Virus record (IMG/VR): IMGVR_UViG_3300045988_158809
Length of the DNA stretch: 64,000 bases
From: a virus
Reading direction: 5' to 3' (one strand)
Part shown: piece by piece, positions 1 through 7,551 of the stretch
Position numbering within the stretch: position 1 is the stretch's first letter
Layout: each line of letters starts with the position of its first letter
Program-made: the position numbers and the translations under genes
Notes under the pieces: model-generated
Database searches by the model: none
What the model was told of the DNA's origin: nothing
The model's input: only the letters and a program-made list of their open reading frames with translations

Positions 1-180
1 GCCGTGGCTTATATCCTGGCCAACGGCGGCGATTATCTGCCGCGTGTGACAAAGAATGTAGATTTCCTGATAGTTGGAGAGGATGCCGGCGACACGAAGA
101 CAGAACTTTGTGAGCGTTATGGAATACGGGAAATTTCCGAGTGTGATCTTAGAACTATGGCAGAAGGTAAGGCCGCATAA
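1..180 (+). CDS. 3' fragment of a gene; the C-terminus is BRCT-like
   Basis: Frame 1 is open from the window edge to TAA 178-180. The tail ...VTKNVDFLIVGEDAGDTKTELCERYGIREISECDL resembles a BRCT module, by eye only. Confidence 0.4.
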   Translation, partial: AVAYILANGGDYLPRVTKNVDFLIVGEDAGDTKTELCERYGIREISECDLRTMAEGKAA

Positions 181-229
181 TTTGATGATATAAAACATAT
201 TTTTCCATATAAAATAATTGTGTTTTTAT

Positions 230-260
230 TTTGCAAAAACAAAATAAAACCTTATCTTTG
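230..260 (+). promoter_or_regulatory. Bacteroides-type promoter (-33 TTTG / -7 TAnnTTTG)
   Basis: TTTG at 230-233 and TAtcTTTG at 253-260 with a 19-nt spacer, upstream of the first small gene. Confidence 0.55.
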
Positions 261-295
261 TATCAGTGTTAAGGAACAAACATTATTTACTTTTT

Positions 296-323
296 ACCGT
301 GGTGGCAACACGTCAATTCAGCA
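296..323 (+). repeat. 28-nt leader element, copy 1 (ACCGTGGTGGCAACACGTCAATTCAGCA)
   Basis: Identical to 634-661. It ends exactly 8 nt before ATG 332. Confidence 0.9.
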
Positions 324-331
324 TTATTTAT

Positions 332-619
332 ATGACTAAAAATCTCAACGTATGGTGTACATTATTTCATGAAAGTGAATGTAAAATTTACATACAAGAT
401 GAAGATGGTGAAACACTTTCTGAATATCTACATGTCCAAGGAAATCCAATTTCTGTAAAAGAAGTATATAAAAAAACAGGAGAGATAAAAGGTTCTTATA
501 AAGGGATCTGTGAATCTGTGAAAGAGATTAAAGAAAGAGAAAAAGAGTTTATGAAAAGAAATAAAGAGGATTTTGCGCGATATTACGGTAGAAGAGAAGC
601 GGATAAATACTTTAAATAA
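332..619 (+). CDS. hypothetical protein (95 aa)
   Basis: Taken from ORF 266..619. I prefer the ATG at 332 because the upstream part of the ORF is only the 28-nt repeat read through. Confidence 0.5.
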   Translation: MTKNLNVWCTLFHESECKIYIQDEDGETLSEYLHVQGNPISVKEVYKKTGEIKGSYKGICESVKEIKEREKEFMKRNKEDFARYYGRREADKYFK

Positions 620-633
620 AATATTCATTTATA

Positions 634-661
634 ACCGTGGTGGCAACACGTCAATTCAGCA
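634..661 (+). repeat. 28-nt leader element, copy 2
   Basis: Identical to 296-323. It ends exactly 8 nt before ATG 670. Confidence 0.9.
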
Positions 662-669
662 GACACATT

Positions 670-1179
670 ATGTTACTTTACGTCGAAAAAAAATCTTCAC
701 AGGAACAAATTTATCAGTTTGCAAAAGAAGTAGGTGCAAAATGGATTGTAGTCAATTCAGATCATTATAAGGGAAACAATAAAGGGTATTACCAGGATGT
801 AGAATCTTTCCGTAGTTCAACGGTATTCCACTGGAATTTAAAACCGGAAGATCGCGGTGCCATTTCTGTATATGTTACGGATATTGATATACCGGCTGCA
901 GTGTCTAAGAGGATAGAATTACAGCGGGAAATAGTCAGACTTGATTACGATTTTCAGTTATTTATGAAAAAGATTGAGACTGATTATCCTTTGCAGAAAA
1001 TAGATAAAAGATGGGGAGTAAATAACCCTAAAAGGCTGGAAATTGAGGAACTTAGAGATAAACGTAGAGAGGCGATAAAGAATGCTTGTGAAGAGCATGA
1101 CAAAAATGTAGCTCATATCAAGTCAGAAATGATTTCCACTAATTTCGTTTCTTCCACATTTATAGAATTATCCTTATAA
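670..1179 (+). CDS. hypothetical protein (169 aa)
   Basis: Taken from ORF 637..1179, with the ATG at 670 placed after the repeat. No domain recognised. Confidence 0.55.
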   Translation: MLLYVEKKSSQEQIYQFAKEVGAKWIVVNSDHYKGNNKGYYQDVESFRSSTVFHWNLKPEDRGAISVYVTDIDIPAAVSKRIELQREIVRLDYDFQLFMKKIETDYPLQKIDKRWGVNNPKRLEIEELRDKRREAIKNACEEHDKNVAHIKSEMISTNFVSSTFIELSL

Positions 1180-1190
1180 TTTTTTATAAG

Positions 1191-1221
1191 CCTATGTACT
1201 TTCAGAAAAATCACTGTTTTT
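1191..1221 (+). repeat. Boundary motif, site a (CCTATGt-N12-ATCACTG-TTTTT)
   Basis: CCTATG at 1191 and ATCACTG at 1210 (19-nt register), followed by a T-run. Confidence 0.8.
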
Positions 1222-1246
1222 ATTAAACTTCATAAAATCAATTATC

Positions 1247-1735
1247 ATGAAACGTATTGTAAACATATTAAATATTAATCAGGCTGTATGCCGTTCCAGA
1301 GAAGACAATACAATAGTATCTTCTCTGGAAGATGAAAAATTATCTATAGCATTTATCGAGTCTTATCTAAATGGTAATATATGGGGAGTGTATTATCAAG
1401 AAGATAACCTGGTATATGAAACAAAAGACGGTGATATTTATTTCATGTCAGAAGATTGTGTGAAACTATCAGACGACGAACAATTACTTTTTGATACCAG
1501 CGATTTCGGCTGGAAAGTAAATCCGCAAAACTGGGTGTATCTTATAGGTACTGATAGTGTTGAAAAATTGGATTTGGAAGAAAATTCGGCCGATTCTGAT
1601 AGCGATGTATGTTACTATCAGGGAGAGTCTGGAGCCATGGTGACTGAAAAAGATAGTGACGGGACTGAGAATCCACTAAAATCAGGATGGTATCCGTGCT
1701 CCAGTTACAATGAATATGTTGAATCTTATAATTAA
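1247..1735 (+). CDS. hypothetical acidic protein
   Basis: 162-aa ORF with a very acidic C-terminal half (DLEENSADSDSD...). No domain recognised. Confidence 0.55.
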   Translation: MKRIVNILNINQAVCRSREDNTIVSSLEDEKLSIAFIESYLNGNIWGVYYQEDNLVYETKDGDIYFMSEDCVKLSDDEQLLFDTSDFGWKVNPQNWVYLIGTDSVEKLDLEENSADSDSDVCYYQGESGAMVTEKDSDGTENPLKSGWYPCSSYNEYVESYN

Positions 1736-1744
1736 TTTGCTACA

Positions 1745-2182
1745 ATGAAAAAATTCAAAATATCACAAGACCAGATACATTATCAGGACGATAAAGTATT
1801 ATTATCATTTGCAGTTGACAAAGGTGTACCGGGATATAATTCGCGTGAAAACAAGTTTTCTGAGCCGTTTGTGGCCGATATAGATGGCCGCATGTATCTT
1901 ATACGGCCCGAAAATGTAACATCGTCCTCAGACGGTAAATTCTTCCTTATGGAAGCCGTAATGCCCGACCGCACCATGAACGACGCGGAAATCATTGGAT
2001 GGAAACTGAAATGCGCCCGCCAGGACGCCGGGATTACATGCGATGAACTGGCCGATCGTGCCGGCGTGCGGCGTAACACAGTTGAACTCATTGAAAAAGG
2101 TTGTTTCAACGCGAAAATCAATCTCATTTGCAGCCTGGCAGAAGCTATGGGAATGGAAGTAACACTCACCCCTATGGAGTGA
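1745..2182 (+). CDS. protein with a C-terminal XRE-type helix-turn-helix
   Basis: The C-terminus IIGWKLKCARQDAGITCDELADRAGVRRNTVELIEKGCFNAKINLICSLAEAMG fits the Cro/C1 HTH pattern. Confidence 0.65.
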   Translation: MKKFKISQDQIHYQDDKVLLSFAVDKGVPGYNSRENKFSEPFVADIDGRMYLIRPENVTSSSDGKFFLMEAVMPDRTMNDAEIIGWKLKCARQDAGITCDELADRAGVRRNTVELIEKGCFNAKINLICSLAEAMGMEVTLTPME

Positions 2183-2224
2183 CGGAAAAATCACTCTATG
2201 GCACCTCAGAAAAATCACTGTTTT
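2171..2224 (+). repeat. Boundary motif, site b (double unit)
   Basis: CCTATGG 2171 / ATCACT 2190, then CTATGG 2196 / ATCACTG 2214 and TTTT. The units overlap with a 24-nt period. Confidence 0.85.
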
Positions 2225-2506
2225 ATCGTCTAAATGTAAATAAACAAACGTAAGGCATACGGAAAAAACTGTATTAAATGGGTATTAAATATAAATTAAA
2301 AGCGCGACGGAGTACGCCGCGCTAGGATACTAAAAGTGTGAAGCAATTCACAAATGAAAACCTACTGATAGTAGATTTTCGTTTTAATCCACAAGGGAAA
2401 ATCCCTTGACGGCACAAAGATAGTATTTATCTTATATCCAAAAAATATTCATCATAATTTCTATACCTGTTTTATGAACTGAATTATTATTTTAAAAGAA
2501 AAATCA

Positions 2507-3172
2507 ATGAAAACACAAATAGAGAAACTTAGACAACTTTCAGATAAAAAGAAAGGTGTAGTAATGAATCAATATGTAGATGATTTATTACGCAATGGAA
2601 AAGCATATACTGTACGGAGCCGGTATAGTGGACGTTACTACCATAAAAAGAGTTATACTGAAGAACTGGATAAACTTCTTACAGAGCATGGCATAAGCCA
2701 TGAAATAGGAAACGACGCCCCTCGCGGTGGAATGAATGGTGAGTTTGTATCACTTAAAGGTACTGTGTTAAAGTATGTATTAGACCGCAAAAAGGAAAGA
2801 GAGGAATTCTGGAAAGCAGAACAAGATGGCAAGGATAAACAAAGGAAATTGGCTTATGAAAGATATAAACAGGAATGCGAAAAAACTTATAAGTTCTGCG
2901 TGGAGAATAATATAGAAATTGATTTTTCTTACTTTACTGAAAAAGATAATGAAAGGTTTTTCCATCTTGATTATGACGATATAAAGAAGGAAAAATTAGG
3001 ATATAAAATATCTATTCCTAAACGCTTTTACGGTATAGCATCGAGGTCTTCAGGTGTACATTCGAATGAAGGATTTCGTAGATACGTTAAAGAAAAACTG
3101 TTGTCTTCGGGTTTATCGCATGAAGGGTGCAAGATTACTAAAGTTTACGACTGTGGCGTTGGCGATGGTTAA
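2507..3172 (+). CDS. hypothetical protein (221 aa)
   Basis: ORF on the track. Lys/Glu-rich, no domain recognised. Confidence 0.55.
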   Translation: MKTQIEKLRQLSDKKKGVVMNQYVDDLLRNGKAYTVRSRYSGRYYHKKSYTEELDKLLTEHGISHEIGNDAPRGGMNGEFVSLKGTVLKYVLDRKKEREEFWKAEQDGKDKQRKLAYERYKQECEKTYKFCVENNIEIDFSYFTEKDNERFFHLDYDDIKKEKLGYKISIPKRFYGIASRSSGVHSNEGFRRYVKEKLLSSGLSHEGCKITKVYDCGVGDG

Positions 3173-3181
3173 TTTATACCA

Positions 3182-3211
3182 CCTATGGAGTTTCAGAAAT
3201 ATCACTGTTTT
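3182..3211 (+). repeat. Boundary motif, site c
   Basis: CCTATGG 3182-3188, ATCACTG 3201-3207, then TTTT. Confidence 0.85.
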
Positions 3212-3231
3212 GTTTTTTAATTATACTATTT

Positions 3232-3525
3232 ATGGACGAAAGATTTATAATTACACGATTTACTGACGATACAAACCGCTGGGCGTTGGAAGACACTGAG
3301 TTTGGAGTGTTGTATGAATATGTTGGCGCAGACCTTAACCCTGTAAATATCCTTACAGAAAAGAAAGGATTTTTCGACGGCAAGAAAGGACATCAGCGGA
3401 TGGTTAATTTAGGAGTGGACGCTATCCAGTTCATCATAAAGAATCATGAGAAGATTTTCAGACTGGCCGAAATAGAAGAAGATGATATTGATGAATATCC
3501 GCAAATGGCGACAGAACTGAACTGA
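3232..3525 (+). CDS. hypothetical protein (97 aa)
   Basis: ORF on the track, sitting between two boundary motifs. Confidence 0.5.
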   Translation: MDERFIITRFTDDTNRWALEDTEFGVLYEYVGADLNPVNILTEKKGFFDGKKGHQRMVNLGVDAIQFIIKNHEKIFRLAEIEEDDIDEYPQMATELN

Positions 3526-3565
3526 GTTATCCCGAATAAATCCGTTTCTCTTTATTATATTCAAC

Positions 3566-3597
3566 CCTATGGACCTATAAAAATATCACTGTTTTTT
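3566..3597 (+). repeat. Boundary motif, site d
   Basis: CCTATGG 3566-3572, ATCACTG 3585-3591, T6. The next ATG (3598) directly abuts the T-run. Confidence 0.85.
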
Positions 3598-4053
3598 ATG
3601 CAAGTATTCGTAACATCTACATCGTGTATCGAGACCGCCTCACAGCTCGACAAGAAAAGACTTAACAAACAGATTATAGAAGCCGGACAAATCCTTAAAG
3701 CCATAAGAGGGGAGGGGAAAGGCTGGCACCATCATCCTGCTACCCTGATGTATTCACACCACACGGCATGGCTGGAGCTTTACCGTCTTTGCCTGCAGGC
3801 CTACATGTCCGGCAACACTCAGGAGGCAGAAGCATACAGCCGACAGGCAGACGCGATACGTCCGCCCTTCCTGACAGACAGCCTTTGCGAGCAGCACAGA
3901 AAACGCCTGTTCACCAAAGCTCCGGAGCTATATCCTTTATTCCAGGCGTACGGCACGAGCCGCGAGAACTGGTATATTGTAGATGGCAGATTATTGAGAT
4001 ATATCGACGGCAAACTTATAAAGAAGCCTATGGAAAATGCCGGAAATCACTGA
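3598..4053 (+). CDS. conserved phage protein, possibly pyrimidine-dimer DNA glycosylase-like
   Basis: The N-terminus MQVFVTS..ASQLDKKRLNKQIIEAGQIL...GW.HHPA matches a pattern I recall from phage proteins annotated as Pyr_excise-like. The functional call is tentative. Confidence 0.4.
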   Translation: MQVFVTSTSCIETASQLDKKRLNKQIIEAGQILKAIRGEGKGWHHHPATLMYSHHTAWLELYRLCLQAYMSGNTQEAEAYSRQADAIRPPFLTDSLCEQHRKRLFTKAPELYPLFQAYGTSRENWYIVDGRLLRYIDGKLIKKPMENAGNH

Positions 4054-4060
4054 TTTTTTT
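4027..4060 (+). repeat. Boundary motif, site e
   Basis: CCTATGG 4027-4033 and ATCACTG 4046-4052 (which contains the stop TGA 4051-4053), then T7. Confidence 0.85.
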
Positions 4061-4138
4061 ATTTATAATCGTGTCGGCAAAAAAAGATTGTAGTGAATAC
4101 TGATTATAATAGAAGTAACAATTAAAAATGTAGATATT

Positions 4139-4915
4139 ATGGGAAAATACGATTTCGATGATTCAATATATGACTATGAAGAAGAATTGTTTTATAACAT
4201 TCGTTACTCAGACGATGTGACATTGATAGAAAATGTATCACATCTGCGTCATCACATAAACTGTCATGGCTTTAGTGAAAAATTATATGAGTATCTGAAT
4301 ATGGATTACGAACAAATCTGTCAAGTGGTGGAATGCGCCAAAGGATCTATTTCTGTGGCAAGTCTGAGAAAAGATTTTAATGGCGTTATGGCTCCATTGA
4401 TTGAGGAAAAACAGCGTAAAGAGGAAGCAATGGCAAAGAATGAAAAACTCATTGCCTGCCTGAAGGACAAAAGAAAAACTATGTGTGGAATAGGGACAAG
4501 AAAGCTGAAACTGTTCCTTAACAAACTGATAAAGCAAGGTGACACAACAGCAGCTTTATATAGGACAGTACTGGAAGCAGAAGACTTTAATATTAAAGCA
4601 AAAGATACCCGTCTTGATTACAAGGAAAAAGTTTACGAAAAAAAGCATGAAGAAATACACAAACTGATAGAATTATGCCGTGAATATGGAGTCACGTTCG
4701 GGAAACAGTTGTCCGATGTCAGAGATACACGATATGTGGTTTATTTTGAACTGCCAAATATGGAACAAATCAGTTTTCATACGGATTTGATTGATGCCGG
4801 TAAGATACCCGACTATACGAAGGAGTGGGACGGCAAGCGATGTTCCACCCTCGGAAAGATTGAGAATGCCATTAATTTCAGATACAGAGATAGGATTGAA
4901 GAAGTCTATAAATAA
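4139..4915 (+). CDS. hypothetical protein (258 aa)
   Basis: ORF on the track. A C-terminal block ISFHTDLIDAGKIPDYTKEWDG looks conserved, but I cannot name the family. Confidence 0.6.
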   Translation: MGKYDFDDSIYDYEEELFYNIRYSDDVTLIENVSHLRHHINCHGFSEKLYEYLNMDYEQICQVVECAKGSISVASLRKDFNGVMAPLIEEKQRKEEAMAKNEKLIACLKDKRKTMCGIGTRKLKLFLNKLIKQGDTTAALYRTVLEAEDFNIKAKDTRLDYKEKVYEKKHEEIHKLIELCREYGVTFGKQLSDVRDTRYVVYFELPNMEQISFHTDLIDAGKIPDYTKEWDGKRCSTLGKIENAINFRYRDRIEEVYK

Positions 4916-4998
4916 ATCTGAACCTATATTTATCAGGAATTATAATAATTGTTTCAATCTTATTGAGAAAACGATTAATGCACAGGCTTACAGAGTAG

Positions 4999-5033
4999 CC
5001 TATGGAACTTGACATAAATCACTGATTTTTTTT
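4999..5033 (+). repeat. Boundary motif, site f
   Basis: CCTATGG 4999-5005, ATCACTG 5018-5024, then T8. Confidence 0.85.
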
Positions 5034-5046
5034 AAATATTGGAATT

Positions 5047-5997
5047 ATGGAAGAATTAGACAGACAGATAATTGAAATGTACCGTGCAGGCATAAAGGTG
5101 TCCGAAATTTGTCGTACATTGGGCACACACACCCAGAAAGTATATAAGGTGCTCCGAGAAAACAATATCTCGAAGAACGGACGCCGACTGACTCCGGAAG
5201 TTATTCAGGAAATTGCAGAAAAGCTTCGTCAGGATGTGCCATCTACAAAGCTGGCCGAACAGTACGGATGCTCCGTCTGGACCATACACAAGATTATGCG
5301 CGAAAACAACATACCTATGCAGGTGGGCCGTCCGTGGCATCGCCGCAAAGACAAGCAGGCAGCATCCGCGCCATCTGCTCCCATCCCTGAGTCCTTACAA
5401 GCTCCCGAAATGCCTGATTCGCTTCGCGCACTGGTCATGGCACCTGAAAACCGTACGTACTTTGCCTGTTTCCACAAAAACAAAAAAGAAGTGTCTTCTG
5501 CAGCCGAAGCGGTAGCCTTTCTGTATTCCGTCATGTCACGCCGTTTCACGCTGTCGTCCGACGACGTGACTCGCATAGAGCAGACATTTGCCCAGCTACA
5601 GGCATTCGACAAACCGCGCCAGACGCTTGTATGCCCGCTCAGCATAAATGAAAATCTCCGTTTTAAGATTATGCTGGCACCGGAAGTGAACGCGCAGTAC
5701 AGCGCATTCCAGAAGGGACGCGACGAGAGTGTGGTGAGATTGAAAAAGACAGACTGGCGGGCTTTTAATCCGGGCATGTACGGCATCTGTATTCCGGTAG
5801 GCGTGTATTCTGAGAATGGCGATGCGGTGAAGTATTACGACTTTAAGGGAGCGGTTCAGGCCGAATGCAAGGAGCAGGCATACGATCGTGCGCTGGATAA
5901 GTTGAAGGCAGAAACCGGTGAAGATCGTTTCAACAGCCTGAAAGTTCCTGGCAAGTACAGCGACAAGGTAAAATTCACTTTCAAGCCTATGGACTGA
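5047..5997 (+). CDS. protein with two N-terminal HTH motifs
   Basis: Two resolvase/sigma-r4-like HTH repeats: GIKVSEICRTLGTHTQKVYKVLRENNI and STKLAEQYGCSVWTIHKIMRENNI. GC content is visibly higher than in neighbouring genes. Confidence 0.6.
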   Translation: MEELDRQIIEMYRAGIKVSEICRTLGTHTQKVYKVLRENNISKNGRRLTPEVIQEIAEKLRQDVPSTKLAEQYGCSVWTIHKIMRENNIPMQVGRPWHRRKDKQAASAPSAPIPESLQAPEMPDSLRALVMAPENRTYFACFHKNKKEVSSAAEAVAFLYSVMSRRFTLSSDDVTRIEQTFAQLQAFDKPRQTLVCPLSINENLRFKIMLAPEVNAQYSAFQKGRDESVVRLKKTDWRAFNPGMYGICIPVGVYSENGDAVKYYDFKGAVQAECKEQAYDRALDKLKAETGEDRFNSLKVPGKYSDKVKFTFKPMD

Positions 5998-6043
5998 CAA
6001 AAATATCACCCTATGGAGTTTTTGAGAAATCACTGATTTTTTT
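5986..6043 (+). repeat. Boundary motif, site g (double unit)
   Basis: CCTATGG 5986 / ATCACC 6005, then CCTATGG 6010 / ATCACTG 6029 and T7. Confidence 0.85.
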
Positions 6044-6063
6044 GAAACATTCATTCCATTAAA

Positions 6064-6711
6064 ATGAAAAAGAACAGATTGTTTGAAGAGCGTAAAAGAA
6101 AAGTGTCCGCAAAAGCCAAAGAATTGGTCGATTCAGCTTTTAAACGAATTGATGAAGAGCATGAACTTTTAAAGGACAAAAATCTGCCTAAAGAGGATTT
6201 ATTTCAATCAATATCTAAAACAACAAACATGAAAAAAGAATTCACATTAGAACAACTCGTAACGATACGCGACGTGTTTGCCGACATGTGCGACAAGCAG
6301 ATTGAACGCGGAAAAAGAGATTTGGCAGAAGAATATCTGGACATTGTGAATGTAGTTCAAGCCAAAACAGGATGCGACGAATACGAAAGTCTGGAAGATT
6401 TTCAACTTGACGAGAGTGGAACTTACGGCTATGCGGAAAAGAGAGAGCTGGACGACCTGGAAGAAGTGGCAGTGGACGAAATGATAGCTTTCGCAAAGTC
6501 TTCTGACGAGCAGCCATGGGAAATACTGAAAGCGAGAGTAAACAATTATCTGGAGGATGTTTCGGCAAACACAGGCATGACCCGTAAGGACACAATAGAC
6601 CGTAGAACCATTTGCATAAACAGGCTAATTATTCATTGTATCCATGCCTGCACCAGCGAAGAATTGAAGCGTCTGGACGGGATAGTAAAAGAACTTGCAG
6701 AGAATTTTTAG
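6064..6711 (+). CDS. hypothetical acidic protein (215 aa)
   Basis: ORF on the track. No domain recognised. Confidence 0.55.
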   Translation: MKKNRLFEERKRKVSAKAKELVDSAFKRIDEEHELLKDKNLPKEDLFQSISKTTNMKKEFTLEQLVTIRDVFADMCDKQIERGKRDLAEEYLDIVNVVQAKTGCDEYESLEDFQLDESGTYGYAEKRELDDLEEVAVDEMIAFAKSSDEQPWEILKARVNNYLEDVSANTGMTRKDTIDRRTICINRLIIHCIHACTSEELKRLDGIVKELAENF

Positions 6712-6766
6712 CCTATGGGCTCGGAGAAATATCACTCTATGGCATTTGCCAGAAATCACTGATTTT
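6712..6766 (+). repeat. Boundary motif, site h (double unit)
   Basis: CCTATGG 6712 / ATCACT 6731, then CTATGG 6737 / ATCACTG 6755 and TTTT. An extra CCTATG lies at 6771-6776. Confidence 0.85.
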
Positions 6767-6881
6767 CCCACCTATGATTACGGTAAAAATATTTTACACT
6801 AAAATCACGCAAAAAAGTCGCTACGAAAACAAAAAATTTCTACCGCGGTAGCAAAAAAACGCCTTCGTAGTCACATAAAAA

Positions 6882-6920
6882 ATAAGCATACAGTCCGGTA
6901 GTTCTGTATGCTTATTTTTT
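6882..6920. terminator. Bidirectional intrinsic terminator between convergent units
   Basis: Stem ATAAGCATACAG / CTGTATGCTTAT, flanked by A-rich sequence on the left and a T-run on the right. Confidence 0.75.
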
Positions 6921-6934
6921 ATTCAGATGTCGGT

Positions 6935-7399
6935 TTAAGTCAACTCTCCACCTCCACCGTCTTCACCACCGCCAGACTCTCCGCCGCCACCGGGTGATGT
7001 CGGTTCCGTGTCGGCTTCTTCGTAAGACACGACCGACAGATTACCGATAAATTCACGAAGTTTCTTTCCCGGTTGGAAAAGTATATGTTTGCGTTTTATG
7101 GAGTCCACTGTGGCTGTATCTGCCGTGTCCTGGCTTGCTGCGCTGAAAGTTGGTTTGAAGATACCGAAATCGCCAAGCCTTACGCCGTGACCTTGTTTCA
7201 TAAACGTAATACTTACTTCAATAAGAGCTTCTATAGCTGCATAGACTTCACCGTTATTAAGACGTGATTGTTTAGCGACTTCCTGAAGAATGTCCTCATA
7301 GCTGACTGTGTGGTTTCGCTGTGCGGTAGCCACATACTTTTCTGCTTTAGTCTTGTCGAAAGCAAAAACTCTTTTCTTTACTTTGTAACCTAATGGCAT
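6935..7399 (-). CDS. HU-like DNA-binding protein (Bacteroidales type) with a Gly/acidic tail
   Basis: MPLGYKVKKRV...YEDILQEVAKQSRLNNGEVYAAIEALIE...GHGVRLGDFGIFKPTF matches the Bacteroidales HU-like family. I prefer the ATG at 7399. The tail is GGGGESGGGEDGGGGE. Confidence 0.8.
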   Translation of the reverse strand: MPLGYKVKKRVFAFDKTKAEKYVATAQRNHTVSYEDILQEVAKQSRLNNGEVYAAIEALIEVSITFMKQGHGVRLGDFGIFKPTFSAASQDTADTATVDSIKRKHILFQPGKKLREFIGNLSVVSYEEADTEPTSPGGGGESGGGEDGGGGELT

Positions 7400-7551
7400 A
7401 ATTTTAAGGTTTAGTTTTTGTGTTTTGTATTGTGCTGCATCTACCGGAATGCGCCATAAAGATAAAAACAATTATCGGAAATGCAAATTTTCGGGGATAA
7501 AAAAAGCTGCTGCATTTATAGGTGCAACAGCTTTTATCAGAGGATATGTAA

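Noticed and set aside
266-669. N-terminal extensions of ORFs 266..619 and 637..1179 that share the peptide VATRQFS.
   Set aside because: The shared peptide is the translation of the identical 28-nt DNA element. Internal ATGs at a fixed 8-nt distance are more plausible starts.
3768-4103. 111-aa alternative-frame ORF overlapping 3598..4053.
   Set aside because: It is an Arg/Pro-rich out-of-frame translation of a GC-richer gene whose main frame has a conserved-looking N-terminal motif.
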